From Hormoscilla sp. (GTDB lineage: Bacteria; Cyanobacteriota; Cyanobacteriia; Cyanobacteriales; Desertifilaceae), in assembly GCA_051439505.1 (NCBI GenBank), contig JBFRWI010000162.1, positions 1 through 50,560 of the forward strand: a stretch of 50,560 nt of DNA, in the 5' to 3' direction. Both the position numbers and the translations under genes were made by a program. Each line of letters starts with the position of its first letter. The stretch's first letter is position 1. The notes under the pieces were generated by a model that saw only the letters and a program-made list of their open reading frames with translations, was not told the DNA's origin and did no database searches. Shown piece after piece: positions 1 through 8,345 of the stretch.

Positions 1-1651
1 GATTACAGCCACAGAAAGGGTCTTGTTTTCTGGAGAGTCGCCCCAGGGATCGGGCAGTATTGCCTTAAGCACAGAGCAACCGGATGCTGTAGGTGATGCC
101 GAGGGAATAGAGATGACTACAGGTACATCAGATACATTAGATATGAGCGACGGGGCGCAACTGAGCGGGGTTAAAGGCGGTAAAGGTGAAGCAGAAAATA
201 TCAGGATTACTGCCACAGAAAGAGTCTTGTTTTCTGGGGAGGCGACCCAGGGATTGGTCAGTGGTGCCTTCAGCGCAGTGGGACCTGATGCTGAAGGTAA
301 TGCCGGGGGAATAGAGATAACTACGGGTACATTGGATGTAACCGACGGGGTGGTGCTGAGTGCGGGTACCTTTGGTAAAGGTGATGCAGGTACTCTCACC
401 ATTGAGGCATCGGAAGCAATTAATATCTCTGGGCTGGGTTCTATAGGAAATTCTAGTGGATTATTTGCTGATACTACATCGGATGCAGTAGGAGAAACAG
501 GTGATATCATCATCACGACTCCTATCCTCAACCTCGGCAATGCTGGTGTTATCGATGCTATAACTAGAAATAACTCTACCGGTGGCGATATTCAGATTAA
601 CACCAACAGTCTTTCGGTGACAGGGGGTGCCCAAATTCTTTCCTCTAGTTTCAGCAGTGGCAATGCCGGAACCATCTCGATAGATGCTAGGGAACGGGTG
701 ACGATTTCTGGTATCTACCCAACCGACGATAGTCGAGGAGCTGAATTTGGCGAAGATGCAGTTGACACGATAGGTCCCGAAAGTGCAATTTTATCAAATG
801 CCTTGTCAACGGGAACGGGTGGTACTGTCTTCCTGGAAACAGACCAATTACAGGTCAGTTCTGGGGCGGAAGTCAGCGTTAGTAGTGAAGGGGGAAAGGC
901 GGGTTCGTTAAACCTGATAGCTGATGCGATCGAGTTAAATAATGGCACCCTCAGGGCCGAAACTGCTGAGGCCGAGGAAGGAAGCATTACTATTGATGCT
1001 CACACATTGGTGCTGCGAAATAATAGTGCGATAAAAACAGATGCGATCGGGGGTGCTACTGGAGGTAATATTACCATCTCCACGGACAATCTCGTGGCCA
1101 TGGATGATAGCGACATCACCGCCAGTGCTATAGATAGAAGTGGAGGTAATATCTTGATTACAACGTCGGGATTGTTTCTCGACAATGAGAGTGAGATAAC
1201 TGCGACTGGGTCCGTCCGAAGAGTCACCAAAAAAGAACAACCCCAAGGAATAGTATCACTTGCCGAGACCCTGGTAGATCCAGAAAGCCTAATTTCCAAA
1301 GGATGTGAAGACTATCGAGGCAGTGAATTTATCATCACGGGACGGGGAGGGATACCGCCCCATCCTTTAGAAAGGCTTCGGAGTGAAGTAATCTGGCTAG
1401 ATTGGCGGGCCCTCACGGATGAGAATTCATCTCTGAGGCAGGACTTACCCGACGAAACATCCTCTTCGTCAGAGGTAGAAACCCCCCAAGAAGGAGAACT
1501 CCCAGATGATGAAATACGGCAAGCACAAGGTTGGTTGCAGTTGCCAGATGGTACGGTAGTGCTGACCGCTTATCCTGTAAAGATGACCCCAGTGGGTCCA
1601 GTCATGCAGCATCCTGGATGTCAGATAATACTGAGGGACGGCGAACGGTGA
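1..1651 (+). CDS. Filamentous haemagglutinin-family (TpsA-like) exoprotein, 5' end probably outside the window
   Basis: Beta-helix repeats (G.AG.I.I.T..L); cyanobacterial C-terminal signature SEFIITGRGGIPP and AQGW..LPDGTVVLTA; lies upstream of a TpsB gene. Confidence 0.85.
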   Translation, partial: ITATERVLFSGESPQGSGSIALSTEQPDAVGDAEGIEMTTGTSDTLDMSDGAQLSGVKGGKGEAENIRITATERVLFSGEATQGLVSGAFSAVGPDAEGNAGGIEITTGTLDVTDGVVLSAGTFGKGDAGTLTIEASEAINISGLGSIGNSSGLFADTTSDAVGETGDIIITTPILNLGNAGVIDAITRNNSTGGDIQINTNSLSVTGGAQILSSSFSSGNAGTISIDARERVTISGIYPTDDSRGAEFGEDAVDTIGPESAILSNALSTGTGGTVFLETDQLQVSSGAEVSVSSEGGKAGSLNLIADAIELNNGTLRAETAEAEEGSITIDAHTLVLRNNSAIKTDAIGGATGGNITISTDNLVAMDDSDITASAIDRSGGNILITTSGLFLDNESEITATGSVRRVTKKEQPQGIVSLAETLVDPESLISKGCEDYRGSEFIITGRGGIPPHPLERLRSEVIWLDWRALTDENSSLRQDLPDETSSSSEVETPQEGELPDDEIRQAQGWLQLPDGTVVLTAYPVKMTPVGPVMQHPGCQIILRDGER

Positions 1652-1709
1652 ACGAGCAAAACTCGGTTGATGACAGGCACGCGCGATCGCATCTTATGCC
1701 CCCCAGAAA

Positions 1710-2255
1710 AGAAACCGGGTTTCTGTGAGAATTTTTGCTACTAACGGCAGGAATATTCAAAGGGCGTTGCACATTTTTGGGATGATAGCAGTCAATGGTT
1801 GCAAATTGAAAATTGAAAATTGAAAATTGAAAAGCCAGTATTTGTCTATTCCTGACAATTTATAACTATTTCAATTGACCATTCGCAATTTGCAATTTTC
1901 ATCCCGTATCATCCCGTCGTTGTGCAACCCCATTCAAAGAAACCCGGTTTCTGGCAGAAGCCCGATCGGCCCCTACGCGAAGAGACAAGAAACCGGGTTT
2001 CTGTGAGAATTTTTGCTACTAGCGGCAGGGATAGTAAAAGAAACCCGGTTTCTCGCAAACCACCCGATCGGCCCCGTATGGGAGGATAAAAGAAACCGGG
2101 TTTCTGCCAGAGTTTTTGCTATTAGCAGCAGGAATAGTAAAAGAAACCCGGTTTCTCGACCCCCGCCCGATCGCCCATTATCTGCCATCAGCAAAAAAAC
2201 CGGGTAAGGGCTATAATTTATGCTACCAGCGTAATGTAAAAGAAACCCGGTTTCT
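1710..2255. repeat. Cluster of short palindromic repeats AGAAACC(G/C)GGTTTCT
   Basis: Copies start at 1710, 1938, 1988, 2039, 2091, 2142 and 2241 (plus a degenerate one), with conserved spacers TTTTTGCTA..AGCRGCAGG.ATAGTAA. Confidence 0.9.
1763..1931. mobile_element. MITE with ~23-bp imperfect terminal inverted repeats and an 8-bp target-site duplication
   Basis: Ends GGCGTTGCACATTTTTGGGATGA ... TCATCCCGTCGTTGTGCAACCCC; flanked by ATTCAAAG at 1755-1762 and 1932-1939; internal AATTGAA heptamer repeats. Confidence 0.85.
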
Positions 2256-2504
2256 GGCAGAAGCCCGATCGCACCCCGGATGCAATATCAGCCAGAGATC
2301 GACAAATTGACAATTACATTTGCTTCGCCCACCGCGTAGTGGAGTGTACCTCGATCTCCAAATCTTAAGGTATTGTAAAACCCCATAACCCAACAACGGA
2401 CAGGATAGACGGCGGCGCAGTCCGGAAAAAAATATTCTCGACCGCATCCAGGATGCTCTATAGTATCTAACGAACGATCTATTACTGTCGAGGAGTAGAA
2501 GAAA

Positions 2505-4358
2505 TTGTCCATCCTGCCCAACACCCCCAGCGTCACCCCCAGCGTCACCCCCACCCCCGCCCCCACCCTAAAGGGTGGGGCTACAAGAACGAAGCCCGCC
2601 TGCGCGGGCTTAAGATGGGGATGGACCTTTGCGGTGTTACCGTTGATAGTTAGCGTTCCCGCCCAAGCAAACACTGAAGTGTTTACTACAAACGAAGTGT
2701 TTACTACGAACAGGGCAAACACTAAAGTGTTTACTACGAACATGGCCCAGGCATTGCCACCACCGGTGCTGCCCTCTCCCCAACCCCTGCCAGCACCGCA
2801 ACCCTTGCCACCCCTAGAAGATTTGCTGCCCCAACCGGGCCAGGGAGAAACGCCCCCCGAACTGAATATTCCTGGTAGAATTAGGGTCGATCGCTTGGAA
2901 GTAGTGGGCAGCACGGTATTTAGCGAAGAAGAATTGCAAGCAGTTCTAGCACCCTTCACTGGACGGGATCTTTTGTTTACCGAACTGCTAGAAGCGCAAA
3001 AGGCGATCGGGGATCTATACATCAACAATGGATACATTACCTCGGGGGCGGTGATCGAACCCCAATCATTGCAAGATGGGGTAGTGATTATTAGGGCGAT
3101 CGAAGGGCAAGTCTCGGATATAGAGATTACGGGACTGAGGCGACTGAAACCCAGTTACGTGCGCGGCAGACTGCGGTTAGCGGCCAAAACACCCCTAAAC
3201 AGAAGTAGATTGCTGAATACCCTACAACTGCTGCAACTAAACCCGCTGATCGAAAGGTTATCGGTAGAGTTAGGGGCGGGGACGCGGCCTGGGGTGAGTA
3301 CCCTAACAGTGGACATCTCCGAAGCAGCCGCGTTGGGAGCTTTCCTGGGTTATGATAACCAGCGATCGCCCAGCGTCGGGACAGATCGGCGGATAGTAGG
3401 ATTGAGTCATGGGAACCTGCTAGGATTTGGCGATCGGGCGAACATTTCCTACGTCAACACCGATGGCAGTAACGCCCTGGACGATGCCAGCTATACTTTA
3501 CCCATCAATCCTCGGAATGGCACCATCACCTTGCGCTATCGGAACACGGACAGCGACATCATCGAAGAACCCTTTAACCAACTAGATATTGAATCAAAAT
3601 TCCGCAGTTATGAAATCACCTACCGCCAACCCCTGCGAGAAACTCCCACCTTTGAGTTCGCCTTGGGATTGAGTGCCACCAGACAAGAGAGTGAGAACTC
3701 CCTATTAGGAGATCCTTTCCCCCTATCTGCCGGGGCCGATGATGACGGCCAAATCCGAGTATCATCAGTGCGCTTCTTTCAAGATCTCACAAAGCGTACC
3801 GCCCGGGATGTCTTTGCCATGCGATCGCAATTTTCCCTCGGCATCGGTTCCTTTGACGCCACGGTTAATAACGAACCGCCCGACAGTCGGTTTTTCGCGT
3901 GGCGGGGCCAAGCCCAATACTTGCGGATCTTAGCACCAGAAACCGTGCTATTATTAAGGTCAGACCTGCAACTAGCGACGCGCCCCTTACTGGCCATAGA
4001 ACAGTTTAGCCTGGGAGGATTGTCCAGCGTGCGGGGCTATCGTCAAGATCTATTCTTAGCAGATAATGGCATTTTTTCATCAGCCGAGGTCCGCTTCCCG
4101 ATCGCGCGAATTCCCTCATGGCAGACAGTATTGCAGTTGACACCCTTTGTAGACTTCGGCTATGTCTGGAATGACTCAGATTCTCAAGTAGAAATCAGCA
4201 AACACAGTCTCCTCTCCATAGGAACGGGTTTGCGCTTGCAAGTGAGTGACAAGTTAACAGCAGAATTAAATTGGGGCATTCCCTTAGTAGACGTGAAAAA
4301 AGAGGGCAGCACCTGGCAAGAAAATGGGGTATATTTTAGAATTGAATATCGACCCTAA
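2505..4358 (+). CDS. ShlB/FhaC/HecB-family two-partner secretion transporter (TpsB); true start uncertain
   Basis: POTRA region (VVGSTVFSEEEL, LYINNGYITSGA), VRGY motif (GGLSSVRGY), C-terminal ENGVYF. Confidence 0.92.
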   Translation: MSILPNTPSVTPSVTPTPAPTLKGGATRTKPACAGLRWGWTFAVLPLIVSVPAQANTEVFTTNEVFTTNRANTKVFTTNMAQALPPPVLPSPQPLPAPQPLPPLEDLLPQPGQGETPPELNIPGRIRVDRLEVVGSTVFSEEELQAVLAPFTGRDLLFTELLEAQKAIGDLYINNGYITSGAVIEPQSLQDGVVIIRAIEGQVSDIEITGLRRLKPSYVRGRLRLAAKTPLNRSRLLNTLQLLQLNPLIERLSVELGAGTRPGVSTLTVDISEAAALGAFLGYDNQRSPSVGTDRRIVGLSHGNLLGFGDRANISYVNTDGSNALDDASYTLPINPRNGTITLRYRNTDSDIIEEPFNQLDIESKFRSYEITYRQPLRETPTFEFALGLSATRQESENSLLGDPFPLSAGADDDGQIRVSSVRFFQDLTKRTARDVFAMRSQFSLGIGSFDATVNNEPPDSRFFAWRGQAQYLRILAPETVLLLRSDLQLATRPLLAIEQFSLGGLSSVRGYRQDLFLADNGIFSSAEVRFPIARIPSWQTVLQLTPFVDFGYVWNDSDSQVEISKHSLLSIGTGLRLQVSDKLTAELNWGIPLVDVKKEGSTWQENGVYFRIEYRP

Positions 4359-4492
4359 TTGAGAAGGGAGAATTGAGAATGTCGGATTGAATATAAGTTG
4401 GGTTAAAATTTATTACCCAACTTTATCAATGGGGTGCATTTGGGGAGTGCGATCGGGTATAATAGAGATGTAGTATTCTTCGGAATAAAAGC

Positions 4493-4738
4493 ATGACTAT
4501 AGCTAAAGTAGATGAAAAATATCAAATCACGCTCCCGTTGGATGTGCGAGAACACCTGGGACTAAAAACGGGAGATACTCTGGATGTGAAAATCATAGAT
4601 GGGGCTCTAGTTATGATACCGCTTTCAGTGCCAACCCTAAGTCATACAGATAGACTTTATGGAAAGCATCGCGAACTGTGGTCTGGAGAGGATGCAGTAG
4701 CTTATATTCGTAAGGAGCGGGAATCATGGCGCGATTAG
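4493..4738 (+). CDS. AbrB/MazE/SpoVT-family antitoxin-like protein
   Basis: KVDEKYQITLP..VREHLGLK.GD motif; C-terminal DAVAYIRKERESW typical of VapB-type antitoxins. Confidence 0.8.
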   Translation: MTIAKVDEKYQITLPLDVREHLGLKTGDTLDVKIIDGALVMIPLSVPTLSHTDRLYGKHRELWSGEDAVAYIRKERESWRD

Positions 4739-4942
4739 AAGAAAGACAAGGTGATAGAATGGCTATTGAGAATGGTGAAGAGAGAATGGCGAATGGTTTA
4801 AGAAAAAAACTCAATATCCATGATAATAATATTTTGGGGTCAACCTGATTTTAACGAAACTTTAAGAAATTACTAAAATTAGTGCGGTTGGCAAGATCGA
4901 TGCAACTGGAGAAGATACAATACAGGTACTACAGAATCGAAG

Positions 4943-5806
4943 ATGAAAATGCCGACAATAGAGAGAACAGCGCCACAGACAAAGGAAAGACCAGAAGAGA
5001 CTGCCTCCACGGACGATCGCCCCTTAAGGATAGGGGGAAAGACCTTCAGATCGCGCCTAATGACGGGAACTGGCAAATATCGCAGCATGACAGAAATGCA
5101 AGAAAGCATTATGGCCAGCGGTTGCGCGATCGTCACCGTAGCAGTCAGGCGGGTACAAACGAAAGCCCCAGGACATGAGGGGTTAGCAGAAGCAATAGAC
5201 TGGAGTAAAATCTGGATGCTACCGAACACAGCCGGTTGCCAGACAGCTGCCGATGCCATCAGAGTAGCGCGTCTGGGGCGGGAGATGGCGAAACTATTGG
5301 GCCAAGAAGAGAATAACTTTGTCAAGCTAGAGGTGATACCCGACAGCAAATATCTGCTGCCAGACCCGATCGGGACATTAGAGGCAGCGGAACAGCTAGT
5401 GAAAGAAGGCTTTGCAGTCTTACCCTATATCAATGCTGACCCCTTGCTGGCCAAGAGACTAGAAGAAGCCGGTTGCGTCACAGTCATGCCCTTGGGTTCC
5501 CCGATCGGTTCCGGACAAGGGATCAAAAATGCTGCCAACATCCAAATTATCATTGAGAATGCCGGAGTGCCAGTGGTAGTCGATGCTGGCATAGGTACCC
5601 CCAGCGAAGCCGCAGCAGCAATGGAAATGGGGGCAGATGCCTTGTTGATCAATACCGCGATCGCCCAAGCCCAGAACCCAGCCATAATGGCCAAAGCCTT
5701 CGGGCAAGCAACAGCTGCTGGGAGACTTGCATACCTTGCTGGACGTATTCCGGTCAAATCATACGCCAGTGCCAGTTCTCCGATTGCCGGCACCATCACG
5801 AGCTGA
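4943..5806 (+). CDS. thiG: Thiazole synthase
   Basis: [45 protein letters not shown] motifs. Confidence 0.97.
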   Translation: MKMPTIERTAPQTKERPEETASTDDRPLRIGGKTFRSRLMTGTGKYRSMTEMQESIMASGCAIVTVAVRRVQTKAPGHEGLAEAIDWSKIWMLPNTAGCQTAADAIRVARLGREMAKLLGQEENNFVKLEVIPDSKYLLPDPIGTLEAAEQLVKEGFAVLPYINADPLLAKRLEEAGCVTVMPLGSPIGSGQGIKNAANIQIIIENAGVPVVVDAGIGTPSEAAAAMEMGADALLINTAIAQAQNPAIMAKAFGQATAAGRLAYLAGRIPVKSYASASSPIAGTITS

Positions 5807-5959
5807 GATCGGCGACCGGCGATGGCGGTAACTGTTCGCCGGTCCCTAGGGAAGCAATCCAGGCATATAGAAGAGATTCCAAAAAGTTAAGGATCGAAAA
5901 CTGCACGATGCTAAAATCTTTGTTAAGATAAGTAAAGAATCACAAAGAGGATTTAATAA

Positions 5960-6139
5960 ATGCCTTATACAACAGAAGACGGCGGACGGCTGAACAACTT
6001 CGCAATAGAGCCCAAGATTTCTTACGCAAAACCTCCCGACAAGCGCCAACAGCTGATATACGCGATCGCGGGGATAGCAGCATTAGGGCTGGTAGGAGGT
6101 TTAGTGTTTGTAGCCTACAGCATATCAAACGCTAGCTAA
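5960..6139 (+). CDS. psb34: Photosystem II assembly factor Psb34 (Ssl1498 family), 59 aa, not in the ORF track
   Basis: Manual translation MPYTTEDGGRLNNFAIEPKISYAKPPDKRQQLIYAIAGIAALGLVGGLVFVAYSISNAS; GGRLNNFA.EPK motif plus C-terminal TM helix; AGAGG upstream. Confidence 0.9.
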   Translation: MPYTTEDGGRLNNFAIEPKISYAKPPDKRQQLIYAIAGIAALGLVGGLVFVAYSISNAS

Positions 6140-6145
6140 GGGCAA

Positions 6146-6211
6146 GGACTAAAGTCCTTACTACGAACGGGCGCAAGAAAAAGTTTGTAGTAAGCACTTT
6201 AGTGCTTACTA
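6146..6211. repeat. Palindromic intergenic repeats of the GGACTAAAGTCCTTACTACGAAC / GTAGTAAGCACTTTAGTGCTTACTA family
   Basis: Related copies at 2670-2740, 6876-7040 and 50312-50437. Confidence 0.8.
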
Positions 6212-6299
6212 TTTGGAGTCAGGGGAATCAGTCCTGAAGAAGTGCTTGTCAGGTGAAGAGATAAATATACAAGCATAGTTCTTCAAATCTGGCAAAACT

Positions 6300-8195
6300 G
6301 TGACAGATCGAGAGGTTGAGAAATTAAACAAACAAATATACAAGCGTCTGGAAGCGGCATTGAGTCTGAATCTACGTCAGCAAATCTTTTTAGCAGTATG
6401 TGATGATTGCAGCTTGCGCAATCAGATTGCTAAACAGTTAGCGGTATCACTTAACATGGAAGATAGGATATCAGATAGAGTCATATCAAGGGATAGTAAA
6501 GCAACATTTGCCAGGGACCAGACAGGGGATGCTGCAACTAAATCCTATCCCCTATTAGTGAGTCTGAAATTGAATGTGAGGGATCCCAATCCCGTGAGCG
6601 AGATAGCGACTTGGTTGCGCCAGAACCCAAACGGAGAAAGATCGATCGCCCGTGGATTTCAAATATTAGGAGTAGAGCAATTAACGCGGCAACCATCAAG
6701 GATACAGCAGCAGTTTCTCAACTATCTGCAAATGATGGGGCAGAGTTGGCCATTACCATTAGAGTCAACGCTACTGCTGTGGATGCCGCGACCGTGGTTG
6801 CTTTCTATTCAACAGTCAGCACCGGATTTTTGGCGCTGTCGGACCGGAATTTTTGAGTTTATCAGCGAACCAACCGTTTGTAGTCAGCACTTTAGTGCTG
6901 ACGAAGTTGGAAGTTCCGAATTTAGTGTTGATGAAATTGGAAGTTCCGAATTTAGTGCATCCGAAGAGCAAGGACTAAAGTCCTTACTACGAACCCAGTC
7001 TGCATCCGAAGAGCAAGGACTAAAGTCCTTACTACGAACCCTGAATGCCTACCGCGATCGCATTCATTCGGGAGAGGCGACAGCAGCAAATCTGACAGAA
7101 GCAATTATCGCCTACGAAGTCGGGATAGAATACCTTGAAGCCGACTCACCCCTGTGGGCAGATATCTTGAATGACCTGGGAAATCTCTACTGGATGCGAT
7201 CTCGTCAAATATCGGTACGAGAACAAGCGATCGGGTCCTTAGAGCAGTCCATCAAAGCCTATGAAATTGCTATCAAGCATATATTAGAGTCCGATAATAA
7301 GAAGCGCGATCGGCAAAGCTACAGGAGATTGCAGAATAACTTAGGATCTGCCTATAGTGAGTTAGCTAGATATACAGAGCCAGTCAATAATTTTCAAGAG
7401 TCGATCGGATATTATACAGAAGCCCTAGGTTCTAGTCAAGAGTTATCAGAAAGCCAACAAAATGCTGCCACCTTGAATAACTTAGGGACAGCATATTGGA
7501 ATTTAGCCCAGCATCAACAGCCAGTAGCCAACCTGAAACAGGCGATCGGGGCCTATTCGGAAGCGCTATCCTACTCTAGGGAGTCCCAAGAGCCACTCAA
7601 TTATGGGATGATGCAAAATAACTTGGGGACAGCTTACTGGAATCTAGCCGCGTGCCTGTCAGAACCAGAAAAATATCTACAAATGGCGGTAAATGCCTAT
7701 AAAATAGCATTAGAATATCGCACTGCCAGTGCGGCACCAGCGGCCCATGCAGCCACCCAGAATAATCTAGGCACGGCCTACTGGCACCTGGCGAATCAGG
7801 AGAATTCAGGGCCCTTGAAAATGGAGTTTTGGAACAAATGCATTAGCGCTTATCAACAAGCTTTGGAAACAGTTACCAATGCACAATTGACAGAACTCAG
7901 TTTCGATATATGGGCGACTCACAACAATCTGGGACTAGCCTATTATCAAAAAGCCAGTTTGGCCGCCGACCCTGGGCAAGTCGGAGACAAGCTTCATCAT
8001 CTAGAAGCAGCTTTAGATCATCATTTGCAAGCCCTATCCGGATGGGAAAATCAGCCCGAACTGTATGAGGGAGCCTTGAATTATACCATCGAGGTGATTC
8101 GCGTCATCTACAGAGAATATGCTTTACCAGGACAAAATCGAGCCCTATCCAGGGTACCCCCCTCCCTCTTACCAGAGATTTTGTCCCGTCTGTAA
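6300..8195 (+). CDS. Tetratricopeptide repeat protein
   Basis: Repeated NNLG.AYW.LA TPR units; N-terminal APDFW motif. Confidence 0.88.
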   Translation: MTDREVEKLNKQIYKRLEAALSLNLRQQIFLAVCDDCSLRNQIAKQLAVSLNMEDRISDRVISRDSKATFARDQTGDAATKSYPLLVSLKLNVRDPNPVSEIATWLRQNPNGERSIARGFQILGVEQLTRQPSRIQQQFLNYLQMMGQSWPLPLESTLLLWMPRPWLLSIQQSAPDFWRCRTGIFEFISEPTVCSQHFSADEVGSSEFSVDEIGSSEFSASEEQGLKSLLRTQSASEEQGLKSLLRTLNAYRDRIHSGEATAANLTEAIIAYEVGIEYLEADSPLWADILNDLGNLYWMRSRQISVREQAIGSLEQSIKAYEIAIKHILESDNKKRDRQSYRRLQNNLGSAYSELARYTEPVNNFQESIGYYTEALGSSQELSESQQNAATLNNLGTAYWNLAQHQQPVANLKQAIGAYSEALSYSRESQEPLNYGMMQNNLGTAYWNLAACLSEPEKYLQMAVNAYKIALEYRTASAAPAAHAATQNNLGTAYWHLANQENSGPLKMEFWNKCISAYQQALETVTNAQLTELSFDIWATHNNLGLAYYQKASLAADPGQVGDKLHHLEAALDHHLQALSGWENQPELYEGALNYTIEVIRVIYREYALPGQNRALSRVPPSLLPEILSRL

Positions 8196-8345
8196 TCCAT
8201 GACCAGCGATCGGCGATCGAGTACCGGGTTCGCTCTACTGCAATAACAACTGACAACTGACAGGGATGACAGATGGACGGAGCACGTGATATAATCGCTT
8301 GTAGTCTGAAATGTCGTACAAGAAATCCATCTGTTTTTCCTGACC

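Noticed and set aside
1710..2255. Regularly spaced palindromic repeats as a CRISPR array
   Set aside because: Repeats are only 15 bp and alternate orientation, spacers are themselves repeated, and no cas genes are present.
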